Assembly: GCA_040954595.2 (NCBI GenBank)
Contig: CM082581.2
Location: 12,646,286 to 12,710,285 of the forward strand
Direction of reading: 5' to 3'
DNA length: 64,000 nt
Source: Balanoglossus misakiensis
Taxonomy: Eukaryota; Animalia; Hemichordata
Positions 12,858-27,886 of the stretch are shown here, one piece after another (position 1 is the first letter of the stretch; each line of letters opens with the position of its first letter). The position numbers were made by a program, and so were the translations under genes. Below the pieces are notes generated by a model. That model was not told the DNA's origin. It saw only the letters and a program-made list of their open reading frames with translations, and searched no databases.

Positions 12858-15800
12858 ATGCACGCGCTACATGTAGTGGCTATTTTGTCCGCAATATTTC
12901 TACCAAGTCCAGTTTATTCCGGTGAGTAGATGTGTGATACATTCCAGAAAAATTGACTCGGTCCGGGAAAACTAGTTGAGGTGGCACCTCTGTCATGGTA
13001 TGACCGATTTCAACCAGGGGCGTCAGTACGAATATTTTGATAGCGTTTGTCGGGTTCTTGTAAATACTGCTGGCTGACAACTTGTTGTCGACAGTGATTA
13101 CATTTCAAATTCTCGGAAATACCAGAAATGTTGACAATATTCATTTCACTTCAACAGAAACCACCTGTGAGGAGTATTATAACAACGGACAGACCACGAC
13201 TCAGGAATACCAGCTGACTCTACCGGGAGTTGGCACAAGCTCTGTCTACTGTCCGATGGACGATATGCCCGATGGCATCACCTCTTGCAAGGCCTACCAA
13301 GACAGCGGCGTTACGACCGACGGCCTTTACTGGGTCTCTCCAACCGGGGCAGGTTCGGGTCTGGCCGTGTATTGTGATTTCGGCGCGGCCGAATTTGTCA
13401 ACGACGTCATTTTGATGGAGTTTGGCCACGACATGGAAGACACCGCGGAATTAAGTGGCAACAGTTATGCGTCCGCAGGATCATACACGGTCACACCGGT
13501 GTACGAATACGCAGATGTGGGTAAGTAGACCAAGCAAAGTACATTTATAGATAAAATCCAAACTTGGCTCTCGCATGAAATTAATCTCTCGTCTGTATAG
13601 TTATTTGGCACAAATACTTCATCCTGTGTGTTAAACTACACCATAACAGATATAATACCCTAACATATATACATAATACCCTAAGAATGTTATTGTATGT
13701 TTTTCTTCTGATAACTTCGAAAATGACGAGTTAATCATTCTAGTCAACATAATTAGCGTGGTTTACTCTTTTTGGATACAGCTGCACTATCCGTTCTCGC
13801 TCAAAGCGTCCCGCGGTGCGAGCAGAAGTTGAATATAACTTGCGAAGGCATAGTGATGTGGTCGTCTGGGACGCAGTACACGTGGTGGGATGACGCCCTT
13901 GGCAACCAGGTGACCTCGTTCCCGGGAGCAGGTGTCGGAGACACTGGTTGTTTCTGCGGCCAGAATCAGAACTGTGATCCCGCTGACAGCACAGTTCTCT
14001 GCAGCTGTGACAGGACTATCCTAGGCAGGGAAGGCGGGTACATCACAGATTCTAGCGCCCTCCCAATTTCTGGCTTCAACATGGGCGGATTTGCCTCGCA
14101 AAGTGAAGCGTCCCACACCATTGGAAAACTGCGCTGTTATGACGCAGGTTAGTAAAGGCAAAAAGTCATCGTTACGCTGCATGCTTAAGATGTAAATGTG
14201 ATTTTTGTCAAACCATTACCAAACTTTAACCATCACTAATCCGATCGGAAGACAACTTCTTGCGCGCGCTACTTATCCATGCGAACTCTGTATGTGTACT
14301 TTCGATCGTTATTTCATGTTCACATCCAACTCTTCATCTTTACCCTTTCTTTGTCTGTGCCCTGGCCAGATCTCACCACTGTGCCGACATCTTGTCTGGA
14401 TGCCTTCGAGAACTTCGGTCACACGCAGACTGGGTATTATTTCATTGACCCCGATGGTTCGTCGGGGTCGATGCTTCCAGGCAAAGGTAAGTTAGAGCAT
14501 AGTGTTGGGCCATGGTTTAGAAATGGATCACATGTTTTCCGTTATTCACGTGAAATCAATTCTATGAGTTTGGTTCAGAGGTGGGTAGGATTCCCACTCA
14601 CATCCATTTCCCTAATTTATTGCAATACCCCCCCCCCCTTTTTTTTGATCACCTACGTTTCAATTTTCTGTTAGAAGCCCATAGCAACAGCTCGGCTGTT
14701 GATGCTCGTTGCTTGTTGCTTCTTTTTGCCGAATTCCATATACTAAAACCATCTCCGCGCCTTCACTTATAGTTTATTGTGAGTTTGACACTGTCGAAAA
14801 CGCCGTGGCCACAGTATTTGAGCACGACGTCACTGAATTCACCGTCAAGAAAATCACTGGTTCTGGAAATTACGGTGTTGATGTCAACTACAATGGACTG
14901 TCCGTCGAACAAATCGAAACATTGATATCCGGAGCCATACGATGCGAACAGTACGTGGAGTTCAGATGTTACAAAGGTGAGTATCAATACGATGTCGCGA
15001 TTGATCGTCTAGAATATATCATTTACTTCGTTGTGTGTGATGTGTATATTATTCCCTAGGTTTACAAGTCCTCCGTTCCACCCAAAACTTAGTTGGCTAG
15101 TTTCTACTACCACAAATGAAACACGTGATCACACACGTTCGGGGTTTTATTGAATATTAAACAATGTTTCATACTTTGATAAAAAAAATAGTTTGATTCT
15201 TTGTTGAACCAAGGCCTATCAACTACATGTTAACTCCTGCCAACAGGGTGTTAACCTTACGTGACGGCGTATTTCCGCTTTTAATGTTTCCAATTTTCAC
15301 CAAATCGACTTGTCTTGTAAAAATGTGAATTGTTCAGGGTCAACCCCCACCCAAAACCAAAGAAATGTAAGTTTTATATCCGACAATAAACGATCGGCGT
15401 CACCTCTAATTTTTTTCACGTATTCATCCGCAAGGCACCCGTCTGCGCAAAAGTGACCGAGCTTGGTGGGCCGATAAGGACGGCGCCAAACAGGGTTACT
15501 GGGCCGGGGCCGAGGGACACACAGATAAGTGTGTGTGCGGAGTCCTCGGTACATGCCTGGCTAGCGAGGGCTGTAACTGTGACTCACAAGACACGTCACA
15601 TTGGCAGAGCGACAACGGATTTTTCACCAACCGCACGGCTTTACCGGTCACACAAATCCGTCTGGCAGATACCGGTGGCCAAAAAGAAGCCGTCGTCAAC
15701 CTTGGCAGTTTGCGATGCTACCACCAAAGTAAGTTGTGCTCTCAATATCGTAGCATTTTACCCATCATATGTACTGCTTTGAAATTTGAAGTCAAAGCGA

Positions 15801-17516
15801 AAAAATAATCAACATTGACTTAATTTTCTAATCGTTCTTTAAATTTCAGCGTCAAGTGTTTTGTATCCATCGTGTTTCCATATAAAATATTTTGACTCGA
15901 CCGTTGATGGCGACTACTTCATTGACCCGGATGGCAATGGAGGCGTGGATCCCTTTCTTGGTATGTACACCTGTAAGCTTTTATCCGGGGGGGGGGCAAT
16001 GGTGTTTGATTCATGCGCACTCGCTAAATTCGGTATTCGGTCAGCACTTTAAGCTACTTTTAATGTATGTAACTTACTCTTGCTTATTTTAACCATTACT
16101 GTTTTGCCCCCCCCCCCCCCCCATTCACCAGTGACCTGCGACATGGACTTCAACTCTACCCACTGTTCGCAATCATTCAGTCACGATACCGAGGCCAGGA
16201 CTCAGGTGACGGGAGGCTACAGCACAGCTGGAAGCTACTCCCGAGACATCAACTACCACGCATCGATGGCCCAGTTCGAAGCCCTTTTTAATCTGGGGAA
16301 CCCACAAGACTGCGAGCAGTACATCGAGTATGACTGCGACGGTAACGTAATTCTATCCTGATGTGGTCGTGTATAGTATATGCTATTAAAGAATAACATA
16401 TTGGTTTATACGTTTTGTTGTTTCACCCCTCTGAATAGATCCACGTTTCTCTCTTCAGAAGCACTACTGTTGAGCGGTGACACCACCTGGTGGGTGTCCC
16501 GCACGGGTGTCACCATGCGACACTGGGGAGGAGCTAAAGATGGCGACGCCTCTTGCGCATGTGGATTAGATAACTCGTGTGCTGGCGGGGGAGGTAGGTA
16601 ATTCTGACTCTGACGGTACAGAAAAGTGGCAAACCAGGAAAAATTATGAGGGTGCATCTTGAGTTACACATTATCAGTAAATTATCAGTAAATACAAAAT
16701 CTCTCAGAAAATTGTCGGTTAGAGTTTGTAGCCAGCGCACACACATTACGATTACATAACATTTTCGTTTGAATTCCGCAGTGTGCAACTGTGACGATGA
16801 AGCGAGATCTTGGGACAGCGATTATGGACTTCTGGTAGACAAGACTCACCTTCCCGTGTCGCAGCTACGGATTGGTGGAGCAGACAGAGGAGAAGTGCAA
16901 TACACCTTGGGTAAACTGGTCTGCCATATTGGGGAGCGTAAGTTTGGGCTAGGTTGTTTCACGCCATGTCTTGCCGGCCACCTCAGCCTTGCTGAGCTAT
17001 CGTCACCGATTCCGTCGCAAGATGGGTCGTGACCATAGTGACGCAGGCGCTATCGCCATACATACGCACGCGCGCTGCGCGTCATCTTCGCCAGTCTGAT
17101 TTCTTAACAGGTTGAGCAAGAAACCCATACGAATACTCGTGAATACGTCACTGAGTGCATGCCACAGAGTCACGTGCAAGTCATCTACCAATCGCCAGAG
17201 CGGAAAGATATGGGCAAAGGAAGTGTCTCCATCTAATGAGAAAACCAGTACCGTAAGTCACCTTTTTTCATGAGACTCAAATCAAGTTTTCCGGAAATTC
17301 TATAGCAGAATCGTTATTTCAAGGATTTTCAAGAACTTTTAAGTGGTGGTTCAAAACCTACAAATGAACCAGGATCTTCAGGGAAGTATGAACACCGTCT
17401 GAGTTTATAATATTTTACATTTGGTTTTTGTTTTCATTTCAAACTTTCTTTTCATGTTCAATGAAGGCACACTGGCAGACAACAGAAAGGTTACACGAAG
17501 TTGCCTACATCTGTAG
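12858..17516 (+). CDS. Secreted protein with three tandem contactin-associated-protein (Caspr/neurexin IV)-type fibrinogen-like modules; ~11 coding exons
   Basis: Exons ~12858-12921 (signal peptide MHALHVVAILSAIFLPSPVYS), 13158-13520, 13782-14147, 14370-14486, 14773-14976, 15434-15728, 15850-15960, 16132-16341, 16459-16593, 16782-16937, and a tentative last exon 17467-17516. All junctions are GT-AG and phase 1. Each module shows SC..G.Y.(IDPDG)..V.C(D/E)..HD..CEQ..C..WW..W/FxGA..CxCG..CxCD..G..LP(V/I)..(L/I)GxLxC. Confidence 0.85.
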
Positions 17517-18167
17517 AAGACTTTGGATTTCTTGTTATGGAATTTTGTATTCTGAATTTCAACGTGTCAATTTTCGTCTGATTTATTGGCTGTATATTGT
17601 TTTTGCTTAATTAAATACATGATAATAATATGGATATTATGAGTTCCGTGCCCAATGTGTCTTTCCTTGTCAATCATTCTGGCATGGCAACAACAGAAAT
17701 GAATTTTGTCTCTAACAACAACACTTTCGTTGACTGTAGCAAACTTATCTCTCTCTCATATTCGCCGAAAGGTTAACTGAAAAGTATTGACGGCACCGTT
17801 GTTTGTTACCAAAATACTCATTTATTAAAAATACCGAGGTACAAAATACAAAAAATCGTCGAAGTACAACAGGTTATGATGGAAAGTGTCTGCACTGGAT
17901 GCATAGTTCAGGATAATCGTTGTATTCATTGGCGAGAACTCAGAACTGATATGTTTCTGGAAACGTGTCATTGTCCACTGACCTTGCGAGGTCTCTTCGA
18001 AGGTAACACCAATAATCATGGCCTCTCCCGTCTGTGCAGTAAGAAACTTCCGCTAAATCGCGAAAGCACAAAAACGTGCGATAATCGCAGATCGAATACG
18101 ACGCCATCTTGGAAAGTCGTGACTGAAGACTGCGAGTGGCGCCCTACAGTGAACACATTGTGTCGTG

Positions 18168-21100
18168 CTAATGACTGTCGATCCACTGTAAATATTCCTT
18201 TTTGATGATGAGTGGAAGCACCAGTTGTCTGAAGAAAAAAAAATGTTTTTAATGATATCATATCTGAAAATTAATTTATGTCAACGAGTGATCGGACCAA
18301 CCGAGATCACTAAGGTATAGCGCGCCCGTAACCATTATGGGGTCAAGAATGAGTGGCCCGTGCATATACGGCGATACGTTTTTCGCATGTTCATCCCATG
18401 AGGATATTTCTCGAGACTGCAAGTCGGCTATACTAGTACACAATGTACTCACCTGAAAGGGATATAGAGCAGGAGAATGAGGGGAAACGCCATCTTCATG
18501 TAAATGTTGCTGGAAAGACCGAAAACACTCAACACCACCAACTGCACCACTTCAATCAGCGTGAATAAATGCATGGTCCGCTCAGGCACTCGTCGAACGT
18601 AGTGGTTGGTTGGATACGCCGACTGAAATGCGATGCCAAAAAGGACAACACTTATACATTGGAAGTTTCTAGGTTGATTGGATAGTCTATATCATACTGG
18701 CGTTATTCTCTCTCTCTCTCTCTCTCTCATACGCACATCTTCAGGCCAATTTATTTTCACACAAATTACCTTTTCTGTAAACACAAGAGTCATTCTTTCA
18801 AAGAACTGGTTTCCAACGAACGTCTGTAGAGCCAGGTAGACCCACACACCGGTTAGAACTGGTTTTGGTATGAACGTCAACGGGATCGGTAACATGAGCA
18901 CCGACACCGCAACACCTATACTGGCAATGAGTGACGACAGTCGTGTTTCTCGGACTTTAACGATTCTGAAAGGATAAATTTATGCATAAGATTCCCGGGA
19001 TTCAACAAATATTGTATAACCAATCGTCCACTGAGATCTGACAGTTTTTTTCTAAATTTGGAAGCCTGGTTTATTCGCTGATTGGAGGAAAACAATTAGA
19101 TATCTGCAATTTTGTGTGTGCAACACGTGATTTATCAAGTAGCAGAATAGGCCGACTGGCATGCCCCTGCCTACACAAAGATATTTTGAAGACTTACAAA
19201 GTATGGAGGTATCCGAATTCAACTCTCTCCTCGGTATCCGCTAGGATGCGCACGTGCATGGGCGAGTGGGGTACGACGGCGTGCACCATGGGAAATCCGA
19301 ACAAGGACATGACGAAGTTCAATATGGCGATGAAGAACAGATTCCAGTGATACGCTGTGCCTTTCTTCAGTCTGCGAAATGGATACACAAAAAGATATGG
19401 TATAGCTGCGGTAGTTTTCACACTGTGTGCCGGTTAGACTGAAACGAAGACCGTCATCAATTTGGATTGTGCATGTGAGATATGGTAGTATAGTATCAAG
19501 AGGTGCGACTCACTTGTTGGCAGGCGAATTCACCGTCAGGGAAGTCAAATTATTCTCGAGAAACAACAGCAAGCTCAACGGCAACGCCATGCCGCTCGCC
19601 CCGAGCCAGAACGTGTAACCCATTGAGCCAAACTTCGGTACATGAAAGATTTCTCCTTCAGTGTACTCCCAGGTTGGAACTGAAACAAGGAGTTGGAAAA
19701 AAAAACATTTCGCACAATTAGGATAACGTTATCCGAAGCTGAAATGCCAAGCTGTCGTAATGAGATATATGTACAGCCGTTCATTTGGTTCAGACAAAAC
19801 ATATATTGACTGATCATACCTTTCATTAGTTCTAGCTTTATACTTTTTATCATAGAGAATTAACTGATATAAAATGTCGAGACTAAACGCAGATGACTTA
19901 CGAGGCACAGCACGGAAACAGTAGGAAGCGATGAAACTGAAGATGATCACGGTGATACCCAGTGCTTGGTCTGATAGAGTTTGACGTATCCATGGTGGCA
20001 AGAACGGGCTGTGTAGAAAAGACAGGCAGTTTAAAAGTTTATTCTCCAGAAGAGACATATTATCACATTACATGTATTTGTCTTCAGAATGGGGTTTATT
20101 TAATATCATTGTGTTCACACGTGCATACCCCAAAAATAAGTACGTTCTCAATCAACTTTGAAACGAGGACTCAATGCAAGACTTTCACGTTTTAATGCTT
20201 TCTGTTTGTCATTTTTATTTGTTGACACAGACGCCGAAGAAGAACGAAGCGATCTTTCTCTTACCTGTCTTTAAGGCGGAACAAGGCGATTCCAAGCCAT
20301 GTTGTCATTAAAACTAGCATAATAAACAGTATGCTCGTTTCTGGGCTGCATCCGATTTGGTCTCCGCCGTATTCACTGTATGCATTCGAACCGTAGTCGC
20401 CCCCTAGCGTCGATAACAACTCGGACCCTAGAGTGCTGACATTGAGCAGGAGGGGACTTGTCGTCACAGTGGCGAGCACTTCTTCAGTCGTGCCGTCTGA
20501 CGGCGCTGGTGATACATCCCCGTGGAGTGGAACTCCGTCAGAAGAGCTTCCCGCATTTTGGCAACTGTAGTGTTTCTCAAATTCTGAGAAAGAAAAAGTG
20601 ATAATTTTAACGGCATTATTGGAGACAAGAACATCGCCACCAAAACAGCGACAGCCGTAATACACGAGACATCCAATCGTGCACATGAACAACGTTACCC
20701 GCGTAAACCGTCGTTATAAATGAAAGCTCTCTTATCAGCGAAATATTTACCACCGTGAATGTCCAACACAGATTCCTTGAGTAGAGACGCAGCGACAAAC
20801 AAGTCCAAGATCTCGTCAATAGATCTCGTCGCCCACTTCATGAGACGACTGGCGTTGAGCAGCGAGAAGACGATGAGAAAGAAAGCTGTCCAACAGCCCA
20901 CAGCAAAGTACATTTCTGTGAAGGATACGTGGTGTCTTTTGCTGACTTTGTAAATAACTGGAAAGAAAAAAAAAACAATAGCAAAGATTTGTCGGGTTAC
21001 CATAGACTGAAAGATTCAGTCGTGTGCGGTTCGTGGGTCTCGATATTCCCCCAGATCACACAACTGAATGTGCCCGCTCTATTGGAAATGTACTATGAAT

Positions 21101-24100
21101 ATCATGACGACAATGCCCATTCGGAATCAGTAATACGTGCAGAAATAGAAGTATGTTAGTATCAAACGTTTCGATATATGCGACTAAGAGTGGATCTACA
21201 CTTACCTTTAGTGTACAAGGCTAGTGGGGCTGTCGTCAGAATGATTGACATCGGTTGCCCGCCAAACAAACTGAAAGCTATTCCAACTATCGCTGAACCA
21301 ATTATGGCCTCGCTGACACCTGACAAAACGGACAAAAAACAATCATTAATAGCATTTATCTTTCTACTGGTGTGCTGTATGACCGATCCTGAACACCAGT
21401 CGAACAATTTGTAGACACGTTCATTAAAAATTGCAGGACAAAAATATAATTTGACGCACAGAAGACAATCACCCAGTCTCTCGTTTCATTAAGAACTGTC
21501 AACAACGGTCAAGCAAATTGCAAAGACAATAACACTAGGACGTCAACAGACATTGTTCTATTTCCGGCGCTCAGTTCACACCAAAACATACCTATATAGC
21601 CGTGGGTATTCTTGTAGTAAAGATCTCCCAAAGCCAGGGTGTAGAACAAACACGTGAAATAGAGAAACAAGATGGCCGACGACAATCTTCTAAAAGTGCC
21701 AAAGCCGCCAATGAATCCTGTTGGGATAGGACATTATTTAGAAAACAAATTATCCCTCTACGTAAAGAATGTCTGTTTGTTACACAACATGTAAATTAAA
21801 TCGATTTTGTCATTTTACACCTGCTACAAAGACAACTTTCACGTGTTATACATTAACGACATTTCCTCATATGAATGGCAATCAATTTACCATAAATTAA
21901 AATATTACACGTGGGGCAGGCGTAGCATGTTATTTCAGCATCTTTGTTAAGTTATACTATATCAACTACATTGTAGTTTCTCGTTCTTCTGTCGGTAGAA
22001 TTCCAAAATGCACTGTAAGTGAGGAGGAAACTTACCATTTGAAGCAGTGACTCCTGTGGATAATGGCGTCAGTGTAGAAAACGGCGACCGGGGAAACGAA
22101 GATGATGAAGAAAAGACGTGTTATTTGAGTAATTACGTCATAGGGCCTCACGATCAAATGATGGAGGGGACACGTTTGCACTCTTGTGAAATGAAGAACA
22201 ACCATTCAGTAGCTAATAATTGTATAACATTTCCGTACACAGACACAGACTAGCAGGGCGAGACATAAGCAAAAGAGATATGCCATTTACAACACACTCA
22301 CCATCTTTGAAGTCGCTCCAGTAATGCGGCAGTCGTCGTTTCAGGTCCCTATATACACCGCTTCCAAAGTCGCAGAAGCGCACCTGGTGAAAAAGGATTA
22401 GTTACGTCACAACGTTACCCAGATGTTTCGGACAAATATGGTTTCAGTATAATCACAGTGTGTTCGTTCATATTCAAATTGGTTCTTCCCAGGCGCGTCA
22501 TTCATAGAGTAGAGATATTTTGAGGAATCGTGATATTATGCTTACGTCATCCAGACCAGCCACGTGATGATGATGAGCATCTGCCTTTTCGAGATTCTCT
22601 GACGTCACAATTTCGGCCCGTTCGATCAGCGCCTACAAAGACAGTATATCGTGTTACAAGTGCTTTATATCTGAACGCTGATGGAATGCATTCTTTTATA
22701 TTATTTTATTGTCAATTCAGTGTAATCAGTCATAATTGAAGGAAACGACAAACATATGTTTGTTAACGTTGTTAACAGGACTGTTGGACAGGATTTTCTC
22801 AAACAATTCTGCTGTTGTCATGGAGATTGACGTACCTGTCTGAACGTCTCCACATCAGTGACGTCACCCAGCTTGGCGCGGAATTCGGCGTTGGAGAAGA
22901 GAGAGCCTGCCTGGTGACTTGTGGTGCGGGCGCTCTTTATTCCTTTCTGCAGAGAAGACGGGAACGAAAGCAACTTATCGCAAGCTATCTCTTGGTTACT
23001 TTGAATAAAGCTATATATGTCAACCGGATCATCTGGAAATCTACCCAAGATTCGGGTTTTGTTTTAATCAAATCGGAACAAGACGAAGAGTGGATGTACT
23101 TACTTCGGCGTTTGGAGAGATTACGAGGAAGACAAATCTAACACTGCTTCGGTGAAGACCCAAGTTGACCGGCTTCTGCAGACGTACTATTCCAATTCGA
23201 CGATGTCGGAGACTCTGTATACCCGCGCTGGAAAGCAAAGTTTGTTGAGATCTTGAAGTTCACATTTGACGATCAGCTCTTGGTGCCCTTATGGGCGTTT
23301 AGGCAAGAATGTTTTCATCGCTTTTCAGTGACGACATCTTGACGCGAAAAGTCTCAAACGAGAACCAAAAATTGTGACAGCTCAAAATAATATACAAGAT
23401 ATGTTGTTGTTACCTTAACGCTATCCAGCTCTCATCGAACACATACTGCATCCCTTTATTTCCAACAGAGTTGAATGACTGCACACTGTTAGTCGGAAAG
23501 TAGGCTGTGAAGCAGGCGACAAGATCGTAATTATTCAAATTAGGAAATTAGAATATTCATGAACATTTCAATGGTAATCTCTCACCTTTCATCTGGCATG
23601 GTCAAGTGACCACACATCAAATGGGTCAATAATGAATGCACGAACTAATTTGAGAGATGGCCATGATGATATGACTCAAAACCTCTGCCTTTGTGAAACA
23701 GTCACTGTTTTCAACAAATCGCGTTAAGGGGAAGCATTGCACAGGAACAAGAGGAAGTGATGGGGGTGACACTTACGGTATCCATCAGCGAAGAGAGCCT
23801 GCTTGGCCTCTGCCAGACTCACTTTGTGTTCGTGGGCGACGAGTTTCGACAAGAGCGGGTCGAGGAGGTCTTCTAGTGGCCCATCCTCCTCCATATCCAT
23901 CATTAATTCGGCACCTTTGACGAAACTTAGTAGTTCTTGCTTGGCGCGCACCTCCTTGGTGTAATCGAGCGTTTGCAGTATCTATAAATGATCATTGATT
24001 GACGAAAACTGAATGAGGTGCGACACACGCAGAAGAAGGTATCGGAACTGTCGCAGTTCCCATTGGTCAACAGATGCGTATGGCCAATCAGAACAGCGGA

Positions 24101-26096
24101 TTATCAAACTGGCCGTTGATATGCAAATATGAGTTTTAGTTTGTGTTGTGTGCATTTGGAGATACACTGACTTGAATACCGATGTACGCCACTTTAACTT
24201 CCGGATTTGTTCTTATGCCAAGTTTGATCTAAATCAGCAAATGCCTTTCTCTGAAATTGCTCCATGTGGAATAACAGTACAAATCTCCGTGTGTGTGACC
24301 ATGGTGTGACCATGTCTTTGAATAAGAGTTAAATTGTGACTGTCAAAATAAACGCACTTGCTAACATAATTAGCGAGATGTGCGTCAGGTCTAGGTTCGA
24401 TGACCTTTAGAAATGATGTACGCAATTTCGCGCCGATTGAAGAATTCAACAGTTATTGATAGAGACTGATAAGTGTTCTGTGTGAGAAAAGTACATAAAA
24501 TACCAATGCTATTTGTCGACACAATGACGTTGTCGCTTTATACGGCACCCGCAGGTATATTTTGGGTCTCTTACGTCATAATTGCATATTTATGTTTTAT
24601 CCTTCTGGTTCGTTCTGGCGTGAAATCAAGAGAATTTAAGAGGTAACCTCGCTTTCACAAGTTGCTAACATTGGAAAATTGAAAAAATAAACACCTACCT
24701 GTCTGGTCGTTCTCATGGTCGGATTTCGGCTTGCCTGGCGAAGATGGTCCACTTCACAGTCAACTGGGCATTAAAAAGAAAATTGAGAAAATCACGCATT
24801 TTTTCTGGTATTTGCACCTCTTACTATAATCTTCATCGTATGGCCAATCGGTGTTAACACATTTTCGTGGTCAACGTATTTGCGCAATGTTTCAAGTTCA
24901 AAGGTCACGCAGCTTATTGTCGTAGTTGTCTGAGCTCAAAACCACATAATTACATAATTACAGCGCGGACGAACTTGACCTTGACTGAGACTTTTCTTTG
25001 GCCAATGCTCACACCCAAGCAAAAGCGGTCAGATTTTATCCAGTGATCGGAAAGACCATTCATACTCCCTACGGAGGCAGAAGATATCGAGCATGTTCTG
25101 TCCGACACGGTTCAGTGGGAAACGACGGAACTAGTCCAGTGATTACGTCATCCATCATAACGCGATCAAAATCAAAAACCAAAGGTCACCATTCTGGCGT
25201 GATTGTTCTTCATCTCGAAAGGAAGGAAAATTCACCCGCACAATGAATTCTCATTTCTGTGCATTTGATGATTTGAAGTAGGTAGGACCTAACTACCATT
25301 GTAAAAATACACACAACGAAGAGTTTTTTTGGACCAAGTGCTCCGGAGGATAAGCAACCATTTGAATGTCCTCGAAAACAGTCCTGACAAGGTCATTCAA
25401 TAGAATTTTGATATGAGTATTCAAAGAATTAAAATAACGACAGTTTCAAAAATGAACAATTTTCTCAAACGAGAATGGACACGATCGATTGTAGAATTGT
25501 TTCGATGACCCTTGACTTTTGTATACACAATTTTGTGTATTCAAGCAAATATTCTACTACAAGTAAATAGTATTCGGCCATTGAGCTACCACTGTGGTTG
25601 CGCCATAAAATTTTATCAAAACAAGCTGGAAAATTTAATGTACTCTTCCACCGGACTTGTGTCAACTCAGTTCAAATGACAGGAGAAGGTTGGAGTTTAA
25701 AGCGGTATTACCTGTAAAGCTTTCCTCTTCTCCCATTTTTTCTTCCATACCAGCGTGCAGTACGTTCACGTTCATGTCTGTTTTTACGTTCTCCTGTGAT
25801 TTTTCTTTCTCAGGAGTACCAGCCTCGTTCCCCGCTTCGTCTTCCGACGGCATGATCATAGCCTCGTTCGCGTGCCCGTTTCCTACCATGCGCAGCGTCG
25901 TCTCTGCATCTTCCTTCTCAACACTGCCCTCTATGTCGGCGTCACCTTTGACGTCACTGCTTTCTGTGTAGCTGTCCGTTGACTTCAGCGGCGGGGGTTG
26001 TGACTCGACTGTGTCATCTGCCTGCACCGAGTCCGCCGTCTTTTCTTCCGGTGACTTGACAACAGACAGTTCGTAACGTCCTGATTTTCCGGGCAT
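18168..26096 (-). CDS. SLC4A11: SLC4A11-like (BTR1/NaBC1; SLC4 bicarbonate/borate transporter family) paralog A, multi-exon
   Basis: Exons encode [118 protein letters not shown] and [11 protein letters not shown]. It ends [20 protein letters not shown] (TAG 18168-18170). The acidic N-terminal exon is at ~25690-26096. Confidence 0.92.
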
Positions 26097-27886
26097 GGTC
26101 ACGTGACACAGTGATCTCTTCCCGGAATAATCTGAAAGTCACATTTTTGAAATGAATGAAAATACCTGACATCCCACAACCCGACAAATACTAGTACCCC
26201 GTGTTTGCCAAGACGTCAATCTTGTGGACGTCGTCTGGGACACGCTTACATGGCATATGTAGTTTGACGCCGGTGTACAATAGTTGCATACTGTCATTGT
26301 TGACAAGTAGGGACAGACCCAGACAGACAAGGGGGAACAATAGGTTTTGCGATTAGACAATACTAGTATTCAACCTGTGTGAATCGTTTTCAATAATTAA
26401 TCTCATTTTCAAAGAGGTGCGTAGGGCTTCTTGTGAATGCAATTACCATGCTAAGCTGTGGGAAAATCGTCGAACTACGCCATGGCCATATCATAAAAAA
26501 ACATGACTAAAGGACAACAATAGACCAAGACATGTTTCACAATGCTTGTGGTGAATGTGATTTGTCAAAGATGTACCAGAGTTATGAATCATTAAGAATG
26601 AAGCAGCGCTTTAGGACCGTACACTTTTCTTTCTGAGTATGTCATATTGGTATCAAGGGAAAGTGTTTTCGATCTTTGGGGTATATCGGTGCACCAGACA
26701 TGCCTCGTGGAATGAATCCATCAATAAAGGGAAGATAATGCGTGAGTAAAACACCCCAAATGAACCACGGTTTGTGGAAGTTTGGTCGACGTTACTAGGT
26801 TCTGTAAATAAACTCCATATGTAATTGGGCGCACGTTGGTTCATTTTACGCATTTCAAACGCTGACTTACCTTGTGACACAGGGACGGTGCTTGTGACAA
26901 TGATTGAGTCTGGCTTCGACCAAAGCTTGTCGTGAATGAGCCACTCTACAAGGTGGTCACATTCAGCTTCAATATGTTTTTGAGTGAGCTGGTTCCAAGT
27001 GCGCAAGCGCGGAATTTGATTACCATACGGTTCCCTAAAAATAGTATCGCTTTTGTTTTAGCAACGTTGCTGGTCTTCACGTTTTAGTTCCTTCCGGTTT
27101 CACAATGCATTACGTCAGCCAACAAGCAAACTGGTAAACAAACAAACAAACACACAACAAACAATGAATCAAACCGCTTTCCACAAACTTTAAACAAGAC
27201 TTTAATGTGCACGTGATTTTTGTTTAAATATCCAATTAATATACAAACGTACCACAAAATATGTGTTCCAGTACAAAAATAGACTCACAAGCAAAAATAT
27301 GGTTTGGATACATGTACAATATTTCCGTAACTATAAACTCACTGCAGCGTGATGGGAAGCGCCCTCTATGTCCGATATAAAACATAAACGGCCATTCCAA
27401 AGCGCTCTTCCTGGTCAAAGACTTCATATTACATATTACTAAGATTAAATGGCAAGAAACATAACATATTGATGTACAGTACTTAGTTTTCAAACACAGG
27501 CAATAACGTGCATCCCTTGGTAAAACCCATATTAATCAATGATACAATAACTTTACATGGAACTGGCCCCAATCCTTGAAAAAAAAAAACAGACTGAAGT
27601 TTATCTGAGAACTTAATGAGTGCAGAAGGGAGCGTGTATTATTCAAACACAGAAACACAACCGCTGAGTGTGTTGATAATAATACGCCACCCGAAACCTG
27701 GATCAATGTTTCGGGGGTAAATTAATATTTAGGACTTCATACATGATTGGTCGAAGTAATTATGCATTTGAAGGGCCGCCCAATAACTGAAACACATCCG
27801 TGTGAATACCTCTAGGATAAAACAATGTGGGGGCGCTGTGCTGTGCCCTAACTCGTACAGTTGTAAAACTATTCCCGTTGGTTCTC

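Noticed and set aside
15338-15366. Possible mini-exon (tgttcag|...AAT|gtaagt) in the Caspr-module gene
   Set aside because: It would change phase; the flanking exons already join in frame without it.
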